DNA of 63,856 bases, the filler included. It is 5 parts of 5 records of this genome, joined end to end, with 100 filler letters (N's around TTAATTAATTAA, not from the genome) between each part and the next. Parts side by side here need not be neighbours in the genome. Positions count along the whole stretch, not along the records: positions 33,068 to 49,201 come from SRR22947727_5819; positions 49,302 to 58,462 come from SRR22947727_5827; 3 more parts are not named here. One strand, given 5' to 3'. The position numbers and the translations under genes are program-made. Of this stretch, positions 42,123-49,878 are shown one piece after another (positions within the stretch are counted from its first letter, which is position 1; the number at the start of each line of letters is the position of its first letter). The notes under the pieces are model-generated. The model saw only the letters and a list, made by a program, of their open reading frames with translations, searched no databases and was not told the origin of the DNA.

Positions 42123-45100
42123 ATGGCAAATTCTGATAAGGATATTCTTATAACACCTAGTAATGATGCCGATCCAAAACCAGAGATTTTGTTTGTTGGA
42201 TTTAACAATTCTCCAATTAAGCTTCTGGTAGAAGATGATAACTCATTATCATATGAGGGTGGTGCTGGACTGCTTTCCAACCTTGATAATAATTTATCAG
42301 CGAATGAAATTTTTTCTGTAACGGACGAGTCTGGTGTTCCTGTTTTAGCATATAATGTAGACGGCACAGTATTACTATCTCCATTCTCAGGATCTACTTC
42401 AGTAGGAACTAAAAAATCTGTAAGTAGATTCCATGTAAAACCAGATGGAAACGCTCCTGCCATAGCACTTCCAGATGAAACCAACCCAAGATATTCAGTT
42501 GGTTTTGGATCTGTTAATGTAAGTGGTGTTGGGCAGAGACTAGATTTTTATACTGGTGATAGTGGAAGTAATGAGACTAATCTCGGAACAAATCAACTGA
42601 GAATGTCTCTGACTGCACAAGGAAAACTTGGTATTAATACTAATAATCCAGGAAGTTGGGTGGATGTTAGACCAATTACATATTCATCTAATCAACCATC
42701 GGAAGGTTATCAGTTAGGAACTACTGGTGGTCAGTGGATCTCAAAATTCTTCATGAGATCTGATTCTACTGGAGTTCCATTTACTGGTATTTCAACTCCA
42801 GCAGACGCAGAAGGTGATGTTCATGAAACATTCCAAATTCAGGGAAGTTCTTCTGCATATGTAAGAATACGTCCAGGTGGCACTGATAATATCCTAAGTG
42901 CATCTACACAGAGAGTAAACATTAATAGAGACATTGTTTCTGGAAACGATATTAGATCTGTCTTAGAAGTTGATGGTGGTATTAGAATTAGAGATACTCA
43001 AGGTGAAGAAGTAGTATCAAAACCAGGACATATTGGATTGTGGGAAGCTGGTATTAGTAGTTTATCTTTTGTAAACTCTAGTATTAGATACGGCCATAAT
43101 AATAACACTGCACTAATTAACAATGTTGCGCGTATTGATTACGACTCCTGGAATACAGCAGCCAGAACAAATTATTGGTTCAGAAATCAGTTGTTTGTTC
43201 GAGGAAATACCTTACCGACTGTTGCGGACAACACATCTGGAGGATATCCAAACTATAAACCAGTAAATAGTAGCCAGTGGGCTGGTGGTAGGTGGTATCC
43301 AGAAGAATTTACAATTTCTAGTTGTGTCGGAAATAATGGAAATATTAGCACTACTGATGGAACTACAACATCAGGAACTCCAACACAAATAATTTTAACA
43401 AATGATATTTCAAGAATTTATGGTCCATTCCCGATTACTAATGTAACTGGTTGGCCAACAACTGCTCCTACACCAAATGCAGAAGGAGTTTATCCTACTT
43501 ATAACGTATATCTTACACTTGGAACAAATTCTGACGGAGAAAGACACGCTTACGAATATGGAACAGGACTAAGAATAACTGGAGTTGGTGGTGGTCTTGA
43601 TGTAGCTACAAGTGTTTATAGAATGGTGGGCGATGGAAGGGTTAGAATTAGAGTTAATGGATCTGCATGGACTTCTGCTGCAAACACTACAGGAGGAAAT
43701 TGTTTCGGAAGGTGGGTAAGAACATCAATTTTTGATTGTGGCGGTGCCTCTACATCACAAAGTGTAAGCTGGAACTGGTATAGAACAATGTATTTTAAAT
43801 CAGATGCAGCGAACCCAGCAAGAACACTAACACTTAGTGGTGATTATTCCAACAATACTACATATCCAGATACAACATCAGGTGGTTTAAGAGTTTATAG
43901 AGATTGGGGAGACAGTCACTACCTGTCCAGAAATGACTACTGGATTGGTGAAAGTGATAGACAGAAAGGATGGGTGGACTACTGTCCAGGTCATATGGTA
44001 TATAATTACACTAGAACTGGAAATGAAAACAACCAGAGAATGGGTGTATCTAGAACTGATACTGCACAATCTTATAGAGGTCACTCATATAATCGATTTG
44101 GAGCATATATCAGAAGTTTATATGGATTCCATTCTTACAATCGTGTTTATCAAGGTGGAAGAAATGATAGACAATATGGATATTATAGTGAAATAAGAAA
44201 CGGATTATACAATTCTTCAAATGCTTATACTTCTCAAGGTTGGGCTTTCTATGGATTCTGTGCAAATAGAGGAACAGCAAGAACAAATGATATGCGAGGA
44301 TCTTATAATTATCTAAGAGCCGGAGAAAATACAACTGCTCACAGAGCAGTTGTAAATAATGCTCGCGGACACCATAGTTATATTAGAGCAGATGGTGGAA
44401 CAATTACAAATGGTTATTTGTTCTCTGGAGCATTTAGAACTGGGTCAAATAATCCAGATGCATTAAATGCAGATGGAGATCCAGCACCAACGCAAAGTAT
44501 TATTACAAATAGGTGGGGTCTATACTTAGATGATAATAGTGGAACCATGAAGAGCCGTATTGACGGTAGAGTAACTATCAATGGCGGAACAACAGTATAC
44601 ACGGATACAACCAATGAAATTTATCTTTATGTAAATGGATCGATCTATTACAATAACCATGCTATTATTGCATCAAGAGGTGGTGACAATAGTAATGTTG
44701 ACCATATTTGGCACGATGACGGAACAACCGATAATGCTCCTGGAACATGGAATTTCTGTTCAGATGTTGGTTATAAAGCTGCTGGAAATTCACGTATTAG
44801 AACTGGACAAATTGATTGTGGTCAAACAAATGGAACAAGCACATTTAGCGGAAACCTAACTGTAAATGGAACAAAGAACTTCCAGATTAAACACCCAGTA
44901 GATTCTCTAAAAGATTCACACTTCTTACTACATGCAACTGTTGAGAGTCCACAGTTAGATCTTATCTATAGAGGTTCTTCTACTTTATCAAATGGTTCTA
45001 TTTCCATTAACATCGATGAACAATTTGGAATGACTGCAGGAACTTTTGTTGCTCTAAATGGTGACATTCAATGTTTCACTACAAATGAAAGTGGTTGGTC

Positions 45101-45386
45101 TGCAGTAAGAGGAAGAGTTGAAAATGGTGTATTGACAATTGAATGTCAAGACGAAACATCATCTGATACTATTTCTTGGATGGTAGTTGGCAGAAGAATT
45201 GACAAAAAAGTTAAATCTGATAGATCTACAACTACAGATTCTGAAGGTAGATTAATTACTGAAATACCAGTAGATAGTGATATTTGGATTAAACCATGGG
45301 ATCATGAATTGGAAGGAACAACCAGTGGTGATGGAGATGATCTTGAGAATGTCAGAAAAATGGATGAAGTAATTTATTACGGTTGA
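42123..45386 (+). CDS. Phage tail fibre-like protein
   Basis: MANSDKDILITP start typical of cyanophage fibres; GKLGINTNNP repeat motif; C-terminal KNFQIKHP...ESP...YRG domain. Confidence 0.75.
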   Translation: MANSDKDILITPSNDADPKPEILFVGFNNSPIKLLVEDDNSLSYEGGAGLLSNLDNNLSANEIFSVTDESGVPVLAYNVDGTVLLSPFSGSTSVGTKKSVSRFHVKPDGNAPAIALPDETNPRYSVGFGSVNVSGVGQRLDFYTGDSGSNETNLGTNQLRMSLTAQGKLGINTNNPGSWVDVRPITYSSNQPSEGYQLGTTGGQWISKFFMRSDSTGVPFTGISTPADAEGDVHETFQIQGSSSAYVRIRPGGTDNILSASTQRVNINRDIVSGNDIRSVLEVDGGIRIRDTQGEEVVSKPGHIGLWEAGISSLSFVNSSIRYGHNNNTALINNVARIDYDSWNTAARTNYWFRNQLFVRGNTLPTVADNTSGGYPNYKPVNSSQWAGGRWYPEEFTISSCVGNNGNISTTDGTTTSGTPTQIILTNDISRIYGPFPITNVTGWPTTAPTPNAEGVYPTYNVYLTLGTNSDGERHAYEYGTGLRITGVGGGLDVATSVYRMVGDGRVRIRVNGSAWTSAANTTGGNCFGRWVRTSIFDCGGASTSQSVSWNWYRTMYFKSDAANPARTLTLSGDYSNNTTYPDTTSGGLRVYRDWGDSHYLSRNDYWIGESDRQKGWVDYCPGHMVYNYTRTGNENNQRMGVSRTDTAQSYRGHSYNRFGAYIRSLYGFHSYNRVYQGGRNDRQYGYYSEIRNGLYNSSNAYTSQGWAFYGFCANRGTARTNDMRGSYNYLRAGENTTAHRAVVNNARGHHSYIRADGGTITNGYLFSGAFRTGSNNPDALNADGDPAPTQSIITNRWGLYLDDNSGTMKSRIDGRVTINGGTTVYTDTTNEIYLYVNGSIYYNNHAIIASRGGDNSNVDHIWHDDGTTDNAPGTWNFCSDVGYKAAGNSRIRTGQIDCGQTNGTSTFSGNLTVNGTKNFQIKHPVDSLKDSHFLLHATVESPQLDLIYRGSSTLSNGSISINIDEQFGMTAGTFVALNGDIQCFTTNESGWSAVRGRVENGVLTIECQDETSSDTISWMVVGRRIDKKVKSDRSTTTDSEGRLITEIPVDSDIWIKPWDHELEGTTSGDGDDLENVRKMDEVIYYG

Positions 45387-45411
45387 CACGATAAAAAAGA
45401 TGATTTATAAT
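45383..45411 (+). promoter_or_regulatory. Consensus sigma70-type (early) promoter
   Basis: TTGACA (45383-45388), 17 bp, TATAAT (45406-45411). Confidence 0.8.
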
Positions 45412-45414
45412 CAA

Positions 45415-45422
45415 TATAAATA
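45415..45422 (+). promoter_or_regulatory. T4 late promoter
   Basis: Perfect TATAAATA. Confidence 0.8.
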
Positions 45423-45448
45423 TCATTGACTGAATTGCAATTCTAACT

Positions 45449-45664
45449 ATGGATTCGACACAACTTAAAGAAAATTTTGAAAAGCAACTTGCTGACGCAG
45501 AGAAGCAAATTGACGAACTACAACAAAATCTCGCAAAAGCAAACGAGTATCGCACCAAACTTCTTGGTGGTTTGGAAACTCTATCAATTTTATTTGAAGA
45601 TTCTAAATCCGAAGATGCAGATACTCCACCCGAAACATCACTTACTGAAGTAGTAGAAGAATAA
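45449..45664 (+). CDS. Small coiled-coil phage protein
   Basis: 71 aa, heptad pattern, KLLGGLETL; has its own promoters and terminator. Confidence 0.8.
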   Translation: MDSTQLKENFEKQLADAEKQIDELQQNLAKANEYRTKLLGGLETLSILFEDSKSEDADTPPETSLTEVVEE

Positions 45665-45669
45665 CTATC

Positions 45670-45709
45670 AAATCCCTTCTTCCTAAATAGGTAAGAAGGG
45701 ATTTTTTTT
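45670..45709 (+). terminator. Intrinsic terminator with late-promoter-like CTAAATA at its apex
   Basis: AAATCCCTTCTT/AAGAAGGGATTT stem followed by a T tract; CTAAATA at 45683-45689. Confidence 0.85.
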
Positions 45710-45714
45710 GTGTA

Positions 45715-46515
45715 ATGGCGTCTCCAAATTCAAGAGCTGATCTTATCACATATTGTAAGAGGCAACTTGGTGAGCCTGTATTACAAGTTAACATCGATGA
45801 CGAGCAAGTAAATAATGTTATTGATGACACGTATCAGTTCTTCCAAGAGAACTGCTATAACGGTATGGAGCGTGCATATTTAAGACACGAAATTACTGCT
45901 GAAGATATAACTCGTTTTGATAGCAAAGTAACTACATCATCTGGAACAACCAATTGGGAAGAGTCTACTAACTATATTCCTATTCCAGATCATATTGTTG
46001 GTATCAGTAAAGTTTATGGTCTAGTCAGCAACTCAATTAGATCCAATCTCTTTGGTGTTGAGTATCAGATGTTCCTGAATGATCTATATGCATTTGGATC
46101 TCTTGATATTGTCAACTACTTTATGAACAAACAGTATCTAGAAACTCTAGATATGATTCTGAATAATGGTTCTTTCCAGCAATTCAGATATACACAGCGT
46201 CGTGATCGTTTATATCTTGACATCAATAAAACATTTCTCAATGAAGATAGATTTCTTGTTATTGAGGCACATAGGATGATTGATCCTACAGATGCTACCG
46301 AGATGAATAATGATATGTTTGTCAAGAAATATGCTACTTCTCTTATGAAGAGACAGTGGGGTATGAATTTAATTAAATATAACAATGTTCAACTACCTGG
46401 TGGTATCACCCTTAATGGTAGAGAATTATATACAGACGCACTAGCAGAAATTGAGAAAATTGAATCAGAAGTTCTCAGTAAGTATGCAATTCCACCCATG
46501 GATATGATCGGATAA
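45715..46515 (+). CDS. T4-like neck protein gp13
   Basis: YCKRQLGEPVLQVNIDDEQ, KRQWGMNLIKY, LPGGITLNG, PPMDMIG. Confidence 0.93.
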   Translation: MASPNSRADLITYCKRQLGEPVLQVNIDDEQVNNVIDDTYQFFQENCYNGMERAYLRHEITAEDITRFDSKVTTSSGTTNWEESTNYIPIPDHIVGISKVYGLVSNSIRSNLFGVEYQMFLNDLYAFGSLDIVNYFMNKQYLETLDMILNNGSFQQFRYTQRRDRLYLDINKTFLNEDRFLVIEAHRMIDPTDATEMNNDMFVKKYATSLMKRQWGMNLIKYNNVQLPGGITLNGRELYTDALAEIEKIESEVLSKYAIPPMDMIG

Positions 46516-46516
46516 A

Positions 46517-47635
46517 ATGCCTACTAGTCCCTATTTTCCAACGTATTACCAAGGAGATTCTGGTGAGCAAGGGCTCTACCAAGATCTTGTAGACGAACAG
46601 ATTAAATTGTTTGGTTCTGACATTTATTATATGCCAAGAACTATTCTTCAAGACTACACCCTTGATGATATCATCTATTCAAAATATGAAAGTCAATTTC
46701 AAATCGAAATGCTTTTACAAAATGTAGAAGGTTTTGGTGATACTTCAGAATTTATCAGTAAGTTTGGTCTTAGAATTACTGATGAAGTAAAGTTTAGAGT
46801 GTCAACTAGACGATGGGATGAAGCGTCTACTGGTTATAGTCTGACTGTTAATGGAAGACCTAATGAAGGAGACTTATTATATTTTCCATTAACAAAAGAC
46901 TTATACGAAATTAAATTTGTAGAAAGAGAGCAACCTTTCTACCAGTTTGGAAAAATACAATATTATACCATGACTGCCGAAATTTATGAAATTGGTAGTG
47001 ATAATATTGATACTGGAATTGAAGAAATTGACGAGATTGAAACTCTATTCTCTAGTGCCATTAAACTAGTTATGGATCCTGGTGGAATAGGAGACTTTAT
47101 AGTTGGGGAAGAAGTTGTCGGAGATGAGTTTCTTGCTAAAGCAACTGCAACAACAGATGGTGATGCTGTAGATGGTATCACTATTACTGATAGCGGACTT
47201 CATTACAATCCAGCACTGCCACCTACAGTTACTATCTCAGGAGGAGGTGGAACAGGTGCTATAGCAACTGCAACTGTCAGTTCGTCTGGTCTTGTTACAA
47301 GTATTCTTATCACTAATGGTGGTAGTGGATATACATCTGCTCCTAATGTTGTTGTTGATTATTCACCTAAGGATAACAGAGCAGAAGTTAAATCTTGGGA
47401 TAATGCAACTAGAGATCTCCAAGTTATTAATAGAACAGGAACATTTACTACTGCTGAAGTAATCACTGGATTAACTTCAGGTGCTCAGTGGAGTCCCGAA
47501 TCTTATGACACTCTAAATAATACCAACAGTAACTACGATCAAAACAGAGTGATCGAAGATTCTGCTGATGAAATTATCGACTGGACAGAAGGTAATCCAT
47601 TTGGAGAATTTGGAAATAAGACAGGTAGCTTCTAA
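46517..47635 (+). CDS. T4-like neck protein gp14 (with inserted GGxGY repeat domain)
   Basis: EQIKLFGSDIYYMPR, SKFGL, RPNEGDLLYFP, FYQFGK, NPFG. Confidence 0.92.
   Translation: MPTSPYFPTYYQGDSGEQGLYQDLVDEQIKLFGSDIYYMPRTILQDYTLDDIIYSKYESQFQIEMLLQNVEGFGDTSEFISKFGLRITDEVKFRVSTRRWDEASTGYSLTVNGRPNEGDLLYFPLTKDLYEIKFVEREQPFYQFGKIQYYTMTAEIYEIGSDNIDTGIEEIDEIETLFSSAIKLVMDPGGIGDFIVGEEVVGDEFLAKATATTDGDAVDGITITDSGLHYNPALPPTVTISGGGGTGAIATATVSSSGLVTSILITNGGSGYTSAPNVVVDYSPKDNRAEVKSWDNATRDLQVINRTGTFTTAEVITGLTSGAQWSPESYDTLNNTNSNYDQNRVIEDSADEIIDWTEGNPFGEFGNKTGSF
47513..47519 (+). promoter_or_regulatory. Possible internal late promoter for gp15
   Basis: CTAAATA near the 3' end of gp14. Confidence 0.45.
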
Positions 47636-48438
47636 TGTTAGGATCACATTTTTATAACGAAATTACTCGTAAAAATATTATTGCTTTTGGAACCCTCTTC
47701 AACAATATTACATTGAAGAAAATTGATCCAGAAACAAGTAATGTTTTAGAGGAAGAAAAAGTTCCTTTGGCATATGGTCCAAAGAATAAATTCCTAACAC
47801 GTCTTGAGCAAAATCCAGATGTTGGTAGAAAGGTTGCTATTACCCTACCACGTCTCTATTTTGAGATGACAGGCATTGATTATGATCCTACCCGTAAAAC
47901 ATCACCAATTCAAAAATACAGAAACATCATTGATGATAATGGTAATGAAGTCAAAGTTCAATATGTTCCTGTTCCTTACAATATGAGTTTTGAATTAGGA
48001 GCTATTGCCAAATCTCAAGATGATGCTCTGCAAATAATTGAACAAATTTTACCATATTTTCAACCAGCATTTTCAGTAACAATTAATATGATTCCAGACA
48101 TGGATGAAAAAAGAGATGTTGCTTTTATATTGAATAATATTTCTTATGAAGATGAATGGGATGATAGTTTTATGAACAGAAGATACATAGTTTACACAAT
48201 GAACTTTACTGCGAAGACTTATTTCTATGGTCCATATACTCAGTCTGATGTCATTAGAAAAGCAATTGTATATGAATCTGTTGGAGATCTTTCTGTTAAC
48301 AAACGAAATATTGAAAGAACTTATTCACCAAAAGCAAAAGAAGATATTAATAATGATGGTCAAATTGATGCCGCTGATGATGCATTAGTAACAGCAGATG
48401 ATGATTTTGGATTTAATGAAGGGATTACTTACTTATGA
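47635..48438 (+). CDS. T4-like tail sheath stabilizer/completion protein gp15
   Basis: FYNE..RK..IAFGTLFNNI, VPLAYGP, LPRL.FE, EQILPYFQP. Confidence 0.93.
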   Translation: MLGSHFYNEITRKNIIAFGTLFNNITLKKIDPETSNVLEEEKVPLAYGPKNKFLTRLEQNPDVGRKVAITLPRLYFEMTGIDYDPTRKTSPIQKYRNIIDDNGNEVKVQYVPVPYNMSFELGAIAKSQDDALQIIEQILPYFQPAFSVTINMIPDMDEKRDVAFILNNISYEDEWDDSFMNRRYIVYTMNFTAKTYFYGPYTQSDVIRKAIVYESVGDLSVNKRNIERTYSPKAKEDINNDGQIDAADDALVTADDDFGFNEGITYL

Positions 48439-48845
48439 ATTTAGAAGATAATATGGAAGACATCCTCAATATTAGTGCTGAACCTGTTGAGGAATCTAAA
48501 CCATCCAAACCAGTTCCACCTAAGGTGGATGAGGAGGATCGTGAGAAGGATTATCGATATACACGCACTGAATTGTATTCCCTCATAGACAAGGGTCAGG
48601 AGGCGGTTAACGGTGCCTTAGAGGTCGCTCAGGAGTCAGGGCACCCAAGAGCATATGAAGTCGCTGTAGCGGCAATGAAGCACGTTGCAGACATGACTGA
48701 GAAACTCCAAGACCTACATAAGAAAATGAAGGATCTGGACGAAGAAAAGAAAGGTCCATCCAAGGTTACCAACAACGCTATGTTTGTCGGATCTACAGCA
48801 GAACTACAAAAAATGCTCAAGGATATGAGCGGTGGAAAACGATAA
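48435..48845 (+). CDS. T4-like terminase small subunit gp16
   Basis: DYRYTR, HPRAYEV, NNAMFVGSTAELQKML. Confidence 0.93.
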   Translation: MNLEDNMEDILNISAEPVEESKPSKPVPPKVDEEDREKDYRYTRTELYSLIDKGQEAVNGALEVAQESGHPRAYEVAVAAMKHVADMTEKLQDLHKKMKDLDEEKKGPSKVTNNAMFVGSTAELQKMLKDMSGGKR

Positions 48846-48848
48846 ATA
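48841..48848 (+). promoter_or_regulatory. T4-like late promoter
   Basis: GATAAATA overlapping gp16 stop. Confidence 0.6.
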
Positions 48849-48866
48849 ATAAAAAAGTGTGAGAAC

Positions 48867-49142
48867 ATGGCGATCAAACCATTAGCAGAAGCTGTTGATT
48901 TAGCAACACCATCAGATGTAGGTGCTGCTAGTATTGTATCAGTAATTAATACGAACAATACCGCTATCAGACTTTTAGTAGCAGAAGCAACTGCTGCTAC
49001 GGTTTGGGTTGCTGCTGGAGAGAGAGTTTCTATTGAGAAGACACCCGCCGTTGTTATTGCTGCTGATGATGGTGCTACACCAACTCCAGCAGCAGTTACA
49101 GCAGCAACTGTATTCGCAAGTAAAATCGCATACGGAAACTAA
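48867..49142 (+). CDS. Small Ala/Val-rich phage protein
   Basis: 91-aa ORF with phage codon usage downstream of late promoter. Confidence 0.75.
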   Translation: MAIKPLAEAVDLATPSDVGAASIVSVINTNNTAIRLLVAEATAATVWVAAGERVSIEKTPAVVIAADDGATPTPAAVTAATVFASKIAYGN

Positions 49143-49201
49143 TGGCACAATGGAACAAGGATGCTCAAGAATATAGAGCACAGGACACTACTAATTTTGA
49201 A
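49142..49201 (+). CDS. Phage hypothetical protein, N-terminal fragment
   Basis: TAATG overlap; MAQWNKDAQEYRAQDTTNFE open to contig edge. Confidence 0.6.
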
Positions 49202-49301
49202 NNNNNNNNNNNNNNNNNNNNNNNNNNNNNNNNNNNNNNNNNNNNTTAATTAATTAANNNNNNNNNNNNNNNNNNNNNNNNNNNNNNNNNNNNNNNNNNN
49301 N
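49202..49301. other. Artificial contig linker
   Basis: 44 N + TTAATTAATTAA + 44 N. Confidence 0.98.
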
Positions 49302-49331
49302 CGAGCACGTGGGTCGAGCACGTGGGTCGAG
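49302..49331. repeat. 13-bp tandem repeat at contig start
   Basis: CGAGCACGTGGGT x2 + CGAG. Confidence 0.8.
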
Positions 49332-49366
49332 AAAACCAGCACACCCATATAGAAGGGATCTTCGCG

Positions 49367-49876
49367 ATGAACTCGACCCGCCCTAGGACCAGCCCTGGGA
49401 CCCATTCTGGTGATGCTCTCCCCGCATCGAATCTCTGTGAGTTGACTATGACGCCGGTTGCCGCGGACGATTTGATCCACGGCGCTCAGCGCAGTTTGGC
49501 TCGTGCCGCGCTAGCGGGCACCCCGCACGAGCGATACGCCGCCGCACACCTTGCGGCCTTACGAGCAGCTGCCGCGGTTATCGCTGTTGTTGCCTCCCGG
49601 TCTTCTCAGGTGCGCGCCAACCGACCGGTGCGTCAGCAAGTGCGAAGCGCGTGGGTGGTGTTACGTGAGGTGTGTCCGCCGCTGTCGGAGTGGGCGGATT
49701 TCTTTGCCGCTGGCGCCCAGACCCGTGCCGCTGCCGAAGCCGGAATCCCGTGCGTCGGCGCGCGCGCAGCGGACGATCTCGTTCGCGATGCGCAGACGTT
49801 CCTGGCTCGAGTCTGTGACGTACTGGAGTTGACCCATCAGCCAGCGCTCGATCTACGGCTGCGTGCCGTCGGTTAG
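49367..49876 (+). CDS. SAV_6107-family HEPN-domain protein
   Basis: RYAAAHLAALRAAAAV, SAWVVL..V.P.LSEWADFFAAGA..RAAAEAG, ADDLVRDA..FL; AGAAGGGA RBS before ATG 49367. Confidence 0.8.
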   Translation: MNSTRPRTSPGTHSGDALPASNLCELTMTPVAADDLIHGAQRSLARAALAGTPHERYAAAHLAALRAAAAVIAVVASRSSQVRANRPVRQQVRSAWVVLREVCPPLSEWADFFAAGAQTRAAAEAGIPCVGARAADDLVRDAQTFLARVCDVLELTHQPALDLRLRAVG

Positions 49877-49878
49877 GC

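Noticed and set aside
33069-45386. Diversity-generating retroelement targeting the phage fibres
   Set aside because: No reverse transcriptase on the contig and no near-identical TR/VR pair differing at adenines was seen by eye
49314-49330. TCGAGC-ACGTG-GGTCGA as a LexA SOS box upstream of the HEPN-dnaE2 operon
   Set aside because: Spacer is one base longer than TCGAAC-N4-GTTCGA, both half-sites mismatch, and it arises from the tandem repeat
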